64,000 nt of DNA from Felixounavirus LF82P5, in the sequence record OZ035800.1. One strand, 5' to 3'. The notes under the pieces are model-generated. The model searched no databases. It saw only the letters and a list, made by a program, of their open reading frames with translations, and was not told where the DNA came from. The position numbers were made by a program, and so were the translations under genes. How positions within the stretch are numbered: the stretch's first letter is position 1; the number at the start of each line of letters is the position of its first letter. Positions 9,904-19,515 of this stretch are shown here, in pieces.

Positions 9904-12599
9904 TGCACCTCATACCAGCTCTTACCAACCTTACCTGTGCCAGTTACAAGCGTCTCACTCTTCAAACCTAAATTCTTAGATGCCTGACCATACATCCAGT
10001 CAGTTATGGCTTTAACTTCTTGAGTCATACTTTCTGGGCATTCCCAACTGTTTTCATCGTGGTATGCCAGCAAAAGCCTAGCACCGATTGCTGGTTTTCG
10101 TCCATTTAATTTTGTCAACCCTTCTTCACATGCTCTTCTACAAGCAAGGTTAATTGCCTCATTTTGAATCTGAGCCTCCGAACCCATAAGCAAATAATTC
10201 AATAACTTATGTGGAGATTTACACCACAACCAAGCTCCAGCAACCTTTACAAAACCCCCTTTAGAGATTGCAGCAGTCTTACCAAACACCTCTTCAAGTG
10301 CCTTTTTAGTTGCTTTGTAGTCAGCTTCCAAGTCATCTAGCAGCTTCTTAATTTTAGGCAAACGAATAAAGTAAGTCTGTTTAGTCAGCGCACCTTCCTG
10401 AGTAGTTGCAGCTTTAATCGTCTTAGCAAACTTCTCATCACCTGCACCGAACAGTAGTGCATAGATACCATTCTTAGCTTTCTTACGACCTTTGCTAATC
10501 TCATGAAGAAGATTCTCATCCTGAGTAGCTCGACAAGTCAAGATATCCTGCTCATCATTCAAGCTAAAGTAAATACTGTTCAGTGTATGTGCATCAGTCC
10601 CTGAATAGACAACGTACAGGTCATTCTCAGAGTCATAACGAAGGTACTTATCAATCTCTGGGTTGAGGTACTCATCAAAGTGTTTGCAGTAATAGCGTCC
10701 ATCTTCTTGACGAATAAACTCAATCTCTTCTTTACCTTGCGTTACCGCTTTGGTGAACTCTTTATCACCCATAAAGTTACAAAGAAGAACTAGCTGGGCT
10801 GAGTTCATATCTACAGAGACAACGTTAGTACCTTCCTCACAAATCCACACTGCCCTCATTGGTTCCCCATAGACAGCAGCACCAGACGGTACGTTTACAA
10901 TACCATATTGTGTCATACGTCCAGTTGAAGTACCAAATACCATTGCACCAGCACTAAGGCGACCATCTGGACGAATCTGGTTCAGCCAACCTTTCTCGTC
11001 ATCCTTTGAGTTCTCAATAGTTCTGCGTCGGTGCATCAAAGTATAGTACTTAGCAATCTTCTGTCCAAGCTCACCTTCAATCGTATCATAAGATGATTCA
11101 GTAAGTTTTGGTGAAGTACGGATTAAGCAAGGTTCAAGCAAATCTGTGTATTTCTTCACAGACCAGTTATGCTCGATGTACTGTACACCTTCATGTTCAA
11201 CATAACTCAAACCACACCGCTCAACCATTTCCTGCCACTTAGGATGCTTTGTAATCATCTTTTTATTGTCTTTGAAACGACAAACTTTGACAGGGCGACC
11301 ATCTGAGTCTTTCTTGTAGTTCCAGTCATCTGGAATCCAACCAACTGATTTCAAGTAGTCTTTAACAACTGCTACCTGAGTCATACGAGAAACTTCAAAC
11401 TCAATTGGTGTATATGGTGCATCAATCAAACCTGTGTAGCGACTTGACTCAAGTTCAAAGTGGTTAACAACATGACTGTTATAGTACTTCACAGTTTTGA
11501 CTGTTTTTACTGGCTTCCAGTCTTTGCATTTCTTACCAATCTTTGCGTTCAACTCATTGCAAATTGCACGAGCATCCTTCATTGCTACAAAACCTTCCTT
11601 GTACTCTTCACCAGTTACAGAGTTGGTTGGTGTATAGCAATTTCTCTTTTCAATGTTAAAAATCTTTGTAGTTGGTTTACCAAATGGCTTGATTTCGTAT
11701 GTCTGCATCTCACCGTTACGCACCTGCTGACGGTACTTTGTCTTAGGGTACTTGGTAATTCTCTTCAGTCCATCTGCATGACCAAATGTTTCAACATACT
11801 CATTCCAAGCTTTTGCAAACTCTTCTCCAGTCACTTTACCTTTGGTCTTAATAGTTGGTGGAAGGTGTGGTTCAACTTCTGAAGCAAGCTCATTAGTCAA
11901 CTTGTCAAGCTCCTTTACATGGAACTCCATAAGCTCCTTATCAGCTTTCCAACCATTGATAGCTTGTTGACTCATCCAGAAAGATGTTTCTTTAGCTCGC
12001 ATGTAGGTTTCATAAGTATCTACGCCACACTTCTTCAGCTTGAGATATTCATTATCCAGTGCACGTTTAGTTTTGGCGTTAATACGGATATCTTCTACAA
12101 CACGAGTGAAGATTTCTGCATTCCAAACACCCCAATGCTCAATCTCTGGCTTACGAACACCAACACGAGCACCCCATGCAGCCAAGCCATGAGCACCCTT
12201 ATAACCTTTTGGGGTTGGTCTATCCATCCACTGAACACGAGACTGGATAAGAGAATCCTGAAAGAAATTACTCCACGGTTTACACTTTGGATTATCAAAG
12301 TTCCACAAATCAGGTGCAATGTGATTGAAAACCCACCAGTCATAACCCAGACCATTATGGATGCAAAGTCGTTTTGCCTTTAACGCAAACTCAATACCTT
12401 CACGTAAACCGCCTTTGATGTACTTGGTGTATTTGTGACCGAGGATAGGCTCATCTGTAAAGACCCATACAGGTGGCTCTTCATCGTCAGATTTATAGTC
12501 TGCGAAAGCCATTACGTGCACTTTAGTGAACTCAAGGAGTAAACCATCAGTTTCTGTATCACCAACTAAATGTAAGTTTTTAAAATCTATGTTTTCCAT
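9900..12599 (-). CDS. DNA polymerase, family A, with 3'-5' exonuclease domain
   Basis: Exo I DTETDG; Pol A motif A DMNSAQLVLL, motif B RKKAKNGIYALLFGAG, motif C YHDE; start placed at ATG 12599 with GAGGGAG Shine-Dalgarno (track start 12629). Confidence 0.85.
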   Translation of the reverse strand: MENIDFKNLHLVGDTETDGLLLEFTKVHVMAFADYKSDDEEPPVWVFTDEPILGHKYTKYIKGGLREGIEFALKAKRLCIHNGLGYDWWVFNHIAPDLWNFDNPKCKPWSNFFQDSLIQSRVQWMDRPTPKGYKGAHGLAAWGARVGVRKPEIEHWGVWNAEIFTRVVEDIRINAKTKRALDNEYLKLKKCGVDTYETYMRAKETSFWMSQQAINGWKADKELMEFHVKELDKLTNELASEVEPHLPPTIKTKGKVTGEEFAKAWNEYVETFGHADGLKRITKYPKTKYRQQVRNGEMQTYEIKPFGKPTTKIFNIEKRNCYTPTNSVTGEEYKEGFVAMKDARAICNELNAKIGKKCKDWKPVKTVKTVKYYNSHVVNHFELESSRYTGLIDAPYTPIEFEVSRMTQVAVVKDYLKSVGWIPDDWNYKKDSDGRPVKVCRFKDNKKMITKHPKWQEMVERCGLSYVEHEGVQYIEHNWSVKKYTDLLEPCLIRTSPKLTESSYDTIEGELGQKIAKYYTLMHRRRTIENSKDDEKGWLNQIRPDGRLSAGAMVFGTSTGRMTQYGIVNVPSGAAVYGEPMRAVWICEEGTNVVSVDMNSAQLVLLCNFMGDKEFTKAVTQGKEEIEFIRQEDGRYYCKHFDEYLNPEIDKYLRYDSENDLYVVYSGTDAHTLNSIYFSLNDEQDILTCRATQDENLLHEISKGRKKAKNGIYALLFGAGDEKFAKTIKAATTQEGALTKQTYFIRLPKIKKLLDDLEADYKATKKALEEVFGKTAAISKGGFVKVAGAWLWCKSPHKLLNYLLMGSEAQIQNEAINLACRRACEEGLTKLNGRKPAIGARLLLAYHDENSWECPESMTQEVKAITDWMYGQASKNLGLKSETLVTGTGKVGKSWYEVH

Positions 12600-12658
12600 T
12601 TTTACTCCCTCTAAAATCATTAACCTCATACATTACTGCAAAAAATTATAAAAAGCAA

Positions 12659-12683
12659 GTTGACAATGTACTTGACAAGGTGT
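12659..12683 (+). promoter_or_regulatory. conserved tandem-TTGACA module (candidate early promoter or operator)
   Basis: GTTGACAATGTACTTGACAAGGTGT; 24 of 25 nt identical to 56049-56073; both sit in divergent intergenic regions. Confidence 0.45.
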
Positions 12684-12857
12684 TAATCTTTGCGAAGTGG
12701 GTTTTTACTTAAAAGGTTACTTAACAGTTTAACTATACAGATACTTTAAAACTCTTAAAAGATTATTTAATAGCTTTTTAAAAAGCTTTAAAGTATAACG
12801 TATAGAATACGTTAAGATAAAAGATTAAAACTTAATAGTTACTTAAAAGAGGCTTAC

Positions 12858-13280
12858 ATGCAGAAAATGTTTGTTCACCCAGACATAGCTGACTTTGTTA
12901 GAGCTTTGCAGAAGTTGGAAGAACTTGACATTGCTGCTCAACGGGAATATGCTCACCATCACAGGAGAATGGTTGATATACAACATGAAATAGAGTTGTC
13001 TGAAGACTATGAAGATGACTTAAAATGCTCTGTATTTGAGCATATGAAAGATGTTGCTACAGCGAGACGTAAAGCTAAAGACACAGTTGCTTTACTAGAT
13101 TCTCTTAAAAAGAGGTTGCAAAGTGGTACAGACCTGTGTAATCTAGCATCACTGATTAACGATGTTGAAACTTCTTGGGATAGGCACTATTATCCACGTT
13201 CTGAAAAGACACTTGACTTTTCTTCATCCGAAAACTTAAAATGTTCTAGAAAGAAACTTAACCAACTGAGAGAGAAATAA
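12858..13280 (+). CDS. hypothetical protein
   Basis: 140-aa ORF, first gene of the plus-strand block. Confidence 0.5.
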   Translation: MQKMFVHPDIADFVRALQKLEELDIAAQREYAHHHRRMVDIQHEIELSEDYEDDLKCSVFEHMKDVATARRKAKDTVALLDSLKKRLQSGTDLCNLASLINDVETSWDRHYYPRSEKTLDFSSSENLKCSRKKLNQLREK

Positions 13281-13281
13281 T

Positions 13282-14082
13282 ATGAATATCGATGTAGAAA
13301 AGATGCTTGAAGAGAAAGGTGTTGATGAAGCATTCTTAATCAATGCCGTAGAAAGCATGGCTATGATTCTTCGTGGTAATAACTACACAGAACAGTTTAT
13401 GCCTGCAAGCTATAACTTGCCTGAAGACAAGTCTGATAACGGTGCTTTTGCAGAACAGGTTAATATGATGTTGACAGACACTACACTTGCTCTGGCATCT
13501 ATTGCGGTTGGTGTTGATGCACTTGCTGAGTTCATTTTTTATGAAATGCAAAAGAATGACTATATCAGGATGTCAGACGAAGATAAGGAACTGTTGCTGA
13601 CTAAGGACACAGATTTCATTATTGATACGCTTATCTCATCAACGAGTGCTGTTATGGCTGCTCTTGAGAAGCGAATGGAAGAGAAGCTGTCACGATATGA
13701 AAAGCTTGATTGGGGTGTAGAGGAATTAAACCCACGAATCAAAGAGATTATCCAGCAAACCAAAGATTCTTTGGAAGAAGCTGTAAAAAATGATTCTGTA
13801 GCTGACATAGAACCACTTCAGGTGAAAGTTGCATTGATGATTCCAGCCATCTCTACGATGATGAATATCGTTGCACTAATCCAGCTTTCACAGATGATGG
13901 GCACAAGCATTGAGTTCATTGAGAGTATGACTGGTGGTGTTAGTATGCAAGCAATCAATGATGTTCTGGTGAGCATTGGTGCTTCAATCATTGAAGAGAA
14001 GCTTCGCATTAACTTTGGTGATGATTTTGTGAAGCAAATCTCAGCTATGGCTGAAAAAGAGTCTGCTGAGCAACTGCACTAA
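13282..14082 (+). CDS. hypothetical protein
   Basis: 266-aa acidic ORF, 1-nt spacing to the upstream gene. Confidence 0.5.
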   Translation: MNIDVEKMLEEKGVDEAFLINAVESMAMILRGNNYTEQFMPASYNLPEDKSDNGAFAEQVNMMLTDTTLALASIAVGVDALAEFIFYEMQKNDYIRMSDEDKELLLTKDTDFIIDTLISSTSAVMAALEKRMEEKLSRYEKLDWGVEELNPRIKEIIQQTKDSLEEAVKNDSVADIEPLQVKVALMIPAISTMMNIVALIQLSQMMGTSIEFIESMTGGVSMQAINDVLVSIGASIIEEKLRINFGDDFVKQISAMAEKESAEQLH

Positions 14083-14098
14083 GTCTTTATAAATCTTA

Positions 14099-14124
14099 CA
14101 AGCCTCCTTAGTTGGGGGCTTTTT
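14099..14124 (+). terminator. rho-independent terminator
   Basis: AGCCTCC-6 nt-GGGGGCT hairpin followed by TTTTT. Confidence 0.5.
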
Positions 14125-14143
14125 AGTAATTAAGGGAGATAAA

Positions 14144-14887
14144 ATGAGTAATATTATCGCATTTACTGGAAAGGCACGCTCTGGAAAAGACACCTCATGT
14201 TCTATTGTGAAGAACATCTTAGAGGATGAGTACGGCTACAATGTTGCTGTAATGGCCTTTGCAGACAACCTTAAACTGTCTGCATCAAAGATATTTGACC
14301 TGACTTGGAATGACCTGTATGGTGAAACTAAAGAGACTCCACAGGTATTTGACTTATCATATCCTGAACTGATGTTTAAAGTTACGGAAGCTATGGAGTT
14401 CACCTTCAGAGATGAACGTTACCATATGGACTTCAAGCTTATGTCAGAGTTAACCGGACGATTAATCATGGAGCTTAAGAAGGTTGCTAAACCTACCCTA
14501 TTAACACGTCTGGGATTTAGTAAAAAGTATAAATTCTCATCAAGACAAATTCAACAGATTTGGGGTACTGAAGTTGTCCGTAAAGTAATGGGCGACAAGT
14601 TCTGGTCTAAAGACCTTGAAAAAAGAATGGTTAGATTCCATGAAATGTGCTCACTTAGAAATCAATATGGTTTTGTCTTAATCAGTGATTTAAGATTTGA
14701 CTCTGAAGCTGAATGGCTGAGTAGATTTGCACACCAAACTATTGAAGTAAAAAGAGACAATGTGGACAAAGTTTCATCACATGTTTCAGAAAATGGGATT
14801 TCTACAAAATATGAGCGTGACATTATTCATAATAATGGTACTCTTGCAGACCTTGAGAACAAGCTAAGAGCCATCATTAAAGTTTAA
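14144..14887 (+). CDS. deoxynucleoside monophosphate kinase
   Basis: N-terminal P-loop FTGKARSGKDT, closely resembling the T4 gp1 dNMP kinase N-terminus (SGVKRSGKDT). Confidence 0.65.
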   Translation: MSNIIAFTGKARSGKDTSCSIVKNILEDEYGYNVAVMAFADNLKLSASKIFDLTWNDLYGETKETPQVFDLSYPELMFKVTEAMEFTFRDERYHMDFKLMSELTGRLIMELKKVAKPTLLTRLGFSKKYKFSSRQIQQIWGTEVVRKVMGDKFWSKDLEKRMVRFHEMCSLRNQYGFVLISDLRFDSEAEWLSRFAHQTIEVKRDNVDKVSSHVSENGISTKYERDIIHNNGTLADLENKLRAIIKV

Positions 14888-14895
14888 AAGAGAGA

Positions 14896-15096
14896 ATGAA
14901 GATGAGAGTAAAAGACAATTTTAAAGTTATTGACCACCGTTTAGTGGAACTCTCATCTCTTTCCAATGAGGTAATGATTGAACGTCTTAAGAGAGTTGAA
15001 TCACGAAGGAAAGAGATTGCAGATGAAATTCATGAACTGGACAAGATTGAAAATGGATTGAAGGCAGAACTACAACGAAGAGGTGCTAATGTCTAA
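14896..15096 (+). CDS. hypothetical coiled-coil protein
   Basis: 66-aa charged ORF. Confidence 0.4.
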   Translation: MKMRVKDNFKVIDHRLVELSSLSNEVMIERLKRVESRRKEIADEIHELDKIENGLKAELQRRGANV

Positions 15097-17074
15097 GGGT
15101 CGTAAATTGAAAGAGGCTGGTCAGTTTGTTGGTCATTGCGCATGTCCACGTTGTGGTTCATCAGATGCTGGTTCAATCTATCATCATGACGATGGTTCTT
15201 ATTCAATGACTTGCTTTAGTTGTAACAAAGGTTTCCCAGAGTGGGATTTTGATAAAGGACAAATCGTGAGCACTTATTCTACTGGTTCAGACAATAAAAA
15301 CCGTACTTTCCGTGGAATGGATTTAGACGATGTGAAAGAAAACCTTGAAGCAATGGACTTAAAGGACAGGAAGATTCCTGCAAAAGTTCTTGAGCGTTTG
15401 GGTATCAAGGTTGACATTGACAGTGATGGTGAAATTGACGCGCATTTCTACCCAACTTACAAACGCAATGAAGATGGCAAGCTAGAGCATGTTGGCTACC
15501 GTGTTCGTCACCGTTACCCAGAAGACCATCCAAAAGAGCACCTACGAGGTAAGTTAAAAGACTTTTCTGGTGGTGTTGGAGACATTAAAGGTGAACTGGC
15601 AATGTTCGGTTCATGGATTGCTCCAGAAGGTGGTAACCGTCTATTCATCTGGGAAGGTGAGATGGAATGTGCGACAGCAATCTATATGACTTCTCTTGCG
15701 ATTAAGGACAAATCTCGTCGTAAGAATTACTGTCACGTATCTGTTCCATCAGGTGCAAACATCAAGTCTATCAAGGATAACTATCAGTACATTACATCAT
15801 TTGATGAGATTTACTTGTGCTTTGATAACGATGAAGCAGGTGCTAAAGCCACTAAAGAGGCTGCTGGTATCCTACCTATTGAGAAGGTTCGTTTATTCCA
15901 GTATCCAGAAGGTGTAAAAGACCTTAACGAGTGGTGGACAAAGTTCTATAAAGAAAAAGATACAGTTCTGGAAGGATTTAAGCAGCGTATCTACAATGCA
16001 CCCCGTTACTGCCCTGCTGGTATCAAGAACTTCGCAGATGGTTTTGAGGCAATGAAGAATCGTGGTCAGATTCCATTGATTCCTTTCCCAGAATCTTTCG
16101 GAGATTTGAACAGACTGACTTATGGCGGTTATGGTTTAGGTGAGATTACAACTATTGCAGCACCATCTTCAGTAGGTAAGTCAGCTTACACTCGTGAGAT
16201 GATTTACTCAGCTTGGAAAGAAACTGATTATAATATCGGTGTAATTCCTGTAGAAGATACCTATGAAGAGTTGATGGAGATGCTCTGTGCAATCCACCTG
16301 AGCAAGCAGATTTCTGAGATTCCTTATGACGAACGTGATTGGGATGAATTGAAGAAGGCACACGCAGAACTGTCTAAAGGTCGTCGTATCCACATCGTTG
16401 ACCATCAAGGGGCAATTGACCAAGATAACTTGCTGGAGTTTGTTGACTATCTTGTTAACAGCTTAGACTGTAAGATTATTATTCTTGACCCTATCACGTT
16501 AGCCCTGTCACGTTCTGATACGGATGAAGAAGAAGTTTTGTCTGAGCTATTGCGTCGTTGCAAACGCTACCAGTATGCGCAGGTAAACGTATGTCACGTT
16601 CGTAAGAGTGCAGGCGGTCAGAAAGCTAACTCTGAAGGTGGAGATATCTCTGAAGAGGATATCAAAGGTTCTGGTGCGTATTTTCAGATTTCTATGAACA
16701 ACATTCTGTTAATGCGTAACAAGGTTGACCCAGACCCTGTTAAGAAAAACTTGACAAAAATCAAGTTAACTAAGTGTCGTCGTCATGGTAAGTCAACAGG
16801 TATTGCTGGTCATACTTGGTACAATCCAGATACAGGCCGTCTTATCAAAGCTTCTGGATGTGGTGTTGATATTGATGGTGCAGCAGAAAATATTCGCCAG
16901 CAGTTTGGTATTGGTGAAGCTGAAGACCATTACGATGACTCTTTGCCACATTATGAGGACGAAGTGTTTGACCGTGAGACTGGTGAAGTCTATACTGAAG
17001 AGCAGCGTCAAAGCTCAACGATTCCACCTGTATTAAGTGAGGATGCAGATGACTGCCCGTTCGAAACTGAGTGA
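15083..17074 (+). CDS. DNA primase/helicase (T7 gp4-like)
   Basis: N-terminal Cys4 zinc ribbon (CPRCGS...CFSCNKG), TOPRIM glutamate and DxD (CFDNDEAG), Walker A APSSVGKS. Confidence 0.85.
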   Translation: MLMSKGRKLKEAGQFVGHCACPRCGSSDAGSIYHHDDGSYSMTCFSCNKGFPEWDFDKGQIVSTYSTGSDNKNRTFRGMDLDDVKENLEAMDLKDRKIPAKVLERLGIKVDIDSDGEIDAHFYPTYKRNEDGKLEHVGYRVRHRYPEDHPKEHLRGKLKDFSGGVGDIKGELAMFGSWIAPEGGNRLFIWEGEMECATAIYMTSLAIKDKSRRKNYCHVSVPSGANIKSIKDNYQYITSFDEIYLCFDNDEAGAKATKEAAGILPIEKVRLFQYPEGVKDLNEWWTKFYKEKDTVLEGFKQRIYNAPRYCPAGIKNFADGFEAMKNRGQIPLIPFPESFGDLNRLTYGGYGLGEITTIAAPSSVGKSAYTREMIYSAWKETDYNIGVIPVEDTYEELMEMLCAIHLSKQISEIPYDERDWDELKKAHAELSKGRRIHIVDHQGAIDQDNLLEFVDYLVNSLDCKIIILDPITLALSRSDTDEEEVLSELLRRCKRYQYAQVNVCHVRKSAGGQKANSEGGDISEEDIKGSGAYFQISMNNILLMRNKVDPDPVKKNLTKIKLTKCRRHGKSTGIAGHTWYNPDTGRLIKASGCGVDIDGAAENIRQQFGIGEAEDHYDDSLPHYEDEVFDRETGEVYTEEQRQSSTIPPVLSEDADDCPFETE

Positions 17075-17330
17075 TAGCTATAAAAGAGAGGGGTTCACAC
17101 CCTTCTTTGAAGAAAAAAGTTTAAATAAATTTCATGAAGAGTGTTTGACAAAGATTGATAGGTTCTATAGAATGCTCCACATGAAATGCGATGGAGAAGT
17201 TGAAATAGAACAACAGTTCCATCAAAGTATGATTACAGTCATCATTACACTGCCTCAGCATAATATTGGTTGGCTGTTTATAATGAAAGAAAATGTGTTT
17301 GAATATCAAGTATATCGGAGAATATCATGA
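17037..17330 (+). CDS. hypothetical protein
   Basis: 97-aa ORF overlapping the primase-helicase 3' end; ATGA overlap with the next small ORF. Confidence 0.3.
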   Translation: MRMQMTARSKLSDSYKREGFTPFFEEKSLNKFHEECLTKIDRFYRMLHMKCDGEVEIEQQFHQSMITVIITLPQHNIGWLFIMKENVFEYQVYRRIS

Positions 17331-17476
17331 AACACTCTAAAGCATTTGAAAAAGTTTTTGGGGATTCCTTAAAAGCCACTGCTGGAAAACCAGCAAAATA
17401 CTATGAAGAAAAACGTGTAAGAACTGGAAAAACTGCACGTAAAGCAGCTTCTAAAGATAAGCACAACTTCCAGTAA
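17327..17476 (+). CDS. small basic protein
   Basis: 49-codon ORF (MKHSKAFEKVFGDSLK...) with GGAG Shine-Dalgarno; below the ORF-track size cutoff. Confidence 0.3.
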   Translation: MKHSKAFEKVFGDSLKATAGKPAKYYEEKRVRTGKTARKAASKDKHNFQ

Positions 17477-17548
17477 TTAGTATTTGACAATAGAGTATCA
17501 ACAAATTAGAATTGGTACTCTTCATAAATTGAGATAGAGGTTTAAATA

Positions 17549-18406
17549 ATGTCTAAAGTTGTTAAAATGAAAGCTCCGGTAGAGAAGTACAACGGTACTG
17601 AACGTCAAACTCTGCGTTACCTGCTGAAAGATGTCTGGTTTTATTACCTGAACACTTCACCACGTCCGGGTAAAGGTAAATCTATTGACAAGAAATTCCC
17701 AGGAAAAGATTGTAACTACAGCGTATCAATTCTGGCAGAAGACGGTAACAAACTCTTTAAAGAGTTTACTAAGTCTAAGAAGAACCCAGAAGGTTGGGAT
17801 AAAGTTACTACTGAAGCAGTTGATGCAGATGACTTCGAAGAGAAGTTTGGTTGCAAACCACCTTTTGAAGCAGACACTTACTACATCTTGAAAGTAAGTC
17901 GTGCAGCAGCTTATAAAGATGGTGCTGTATGGACAGCTAAACAGTCATTCCCTGTAATGCTGATTGAAGAAGTAAACGGTAAACGTGTAGCTGTTAAACA
18001 GCCGATGAAGAAAATCAAAGCTCAAGCATCTGATAAGCATGAAGATGATAAGAACTATGATGTAATTCATCCAGATATTGCAGTTGGTAACGGTTCTTTT
18101 GGTAGTGTGATTCTTTCTACTCACTTCTACACTTTTGAGAACAATGTTCTGACTAAACCTATTCAGGAACAGTTTATCATTGATACTCTTGTACCTTACA
18201 CTGGTGGTAACGGTGCTAATGGTGAACCTGAACTGGATGAAGATGAACTGGCTATGCTTGGTCTTGATGGTGTCGAAGATAACGGTGAAATCACTGAAGA
18301 AGACGCAACAGACCATAAATCTTCGAATGATTCTGATGATGGTGATGATGAAGATTTGCCAGACCCAGATGACGAAGAGGATGAAGACTTCGATACAGAA
18401 GACTAA
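17549..18406 (+). CDS. single-stranded DNA-binding protein (T7 gp2.5-like)
   Basis: 285 aa with a long acidic C-terminal tail (DDGDDEDLPDPDDEEDEDFDTED); sits between primase-helicase and exonuclease. Confidence 0.55.
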   Translation: MSKVVKMKAPVEKYNGTERQTLRYLLKDVWFYYLNTSPRPGKGKSIDKKFPGKDCNYSVSILAEDGNKLFKEFTKSKKNPEGWDKVTTEAVDADDFEEKFGCKPPFEADTYYILKVSRAAAYKDGAVWTAKQSFPVMLIEEVNGKRVAVKQPMKKIKAQASDKHEDDKNYDVIHPDIAVGNGSFGSVILSTHFYTFENNVLTKPIQEQFIIDTLVPYTGGNGANGEPELDEDELAMLGLDGVEDNGEITEEDATDHKSSNDSDDGDDEDLPDPDDEEDEDFDTED

Positions 18407-18421
18407 TCTCTAAAAGTTACT

Positions 18422-18452
18422 TTAAAGCCCTGTACTTAGTATGGGGCTTTTT
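18422..18452 (+). terminator. rho-independent terminator
   Basis: AAAGCCC-13 nt-GGGCTTT hairpin followed by a T run. Confidence 0.45.
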
Positions 18453-18468
18453 CATATGGAGAGCCATA

Positions 18469-19515
18469 ATGGAGAAGTACACATTAACAAAACTTCCCGA
18501 TTCAGTTACACATGTTTTTATTGACTCTGACAGCATTGCTTATAAAGGTGCTTGTGTAGTTGAGAAAGCAAAATATAAATACGTCAATAAACTCACAGCA
18601 GAAGAATCTGAACCATTTGACAATGCGAAAGATGCTGCAAGATGGTTAGCAGACCAGAGAATCCTTGTGGAAGAACTTGGCCTGACATTTGATGAAGATG
18701 AATGGGAAAGACAGACTTGGAAAGAAGCTAAGAGTGAAAAAGAAGCTATCATGGCTACTCAACAGGTGCTTCAGGAATGGCTTAAGATTGTTGGTAAAGA
18801 AAGAACTTGGGTAGGTTATTTAACAGAGAAAGGTGTGCATAAACATAAAGACATTAAAGGTCTTGAGCACCAATATCAAGGTAACCGTAAAGATGCTGTC
18901 ACACCAACACACTTAGTCGCTTGTCGTGAATACCTTCTGTCAAGACCAGAGTTCAAACTAATTCTTGATGGATTTGAAGCCGATTCTATCGTTATTGCTA
19001 AAGCTGAAAAGATGGGTAAAAAGGCTGCCTTGATGAGTATTGATAAAGACCTTCGCCAAGCTGAAGGGACTTACTGCATTGATATGACCTATGAAAAGTC
19101 GCCTTTGATTTTCATTGCTGACAACAACGTAGGTGAAATTTGGGATTGCCCAATAAAATCAACACCAAAAGCTAAGAAGACAGTTGGTGTAGGTTTTAAA
19201 TTCCTTTGTTATCAAGCTGTGGCTGGTGACAATGCTGATAATTATTTTGGTTTAAAGGGTGTTGGTAAGGCTACTGTAATGAAAGCCCTTGAAGGTAAAA
19301 ATACTTATAAAGAGTGTCTTGATGCTATCTATGAACTTTATGCTAAGAAAGAGTCATACACTTATGTATCATGGGATGGTCAAACAATTACCAGAACACC
19401 TTTAGAGTTAATGCAGCAACACTTTTTCTTAGCTTATCAGGAAAGAAACAAGAAAGACGATTTCACTTTTGATAAGTATGGGTGGACACCAAATGTTAAC
19501 TCAACAAACTCTTAA
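18469..19515 (+). CDS. 5'-3' exonuclease (T7 gp6 / FEN-like)
   Basis: Motifs SIDKDLRQ and QAVAGDNADNYFGLKGVG match the T7 gene 6 signatures (SCDKDFKT, KGDITDGYSGIAGWG). Confidence 0.7.
   Translation: MEKYTLTKLPDSVTHVFIDSDSIAYKGACVVEKAKYKYVNKLTAEESEPFDNAKDAARWLADQRILVEELGLTFDEDEWERQTWKEAKSEKEAIMATQQVLQEWLKIVGKERTWVGYLTEKGVHKHKDIKGLEHQYQGNRKDAVTPTHLVACREYLLSRPEFKLILDGFEADSIVIAKAEKMGKKAALMSIDKDLRQAEGTYCIDMTYEKSPLIFIADNNVGEIWDCPIKSTPKAKKTVGVGFKFLCYQAVAGDNADNYFGLKGVGKATVMKALEGKNTYKECLDAIYELYAKKESYTYVSWDGQTITRTPLELMQQHFFLAYQERNKKDDFTFDKYGWTPNVNSTNS

Noticed and set aside
11460-12383. Plus-strand ORFs 11460..11882 and 11919..12383 inside the DNA polymerase gene
   Set aside because: Antisense to a gene with strong motif support, hydrophobic low-complexity translations, no RBS
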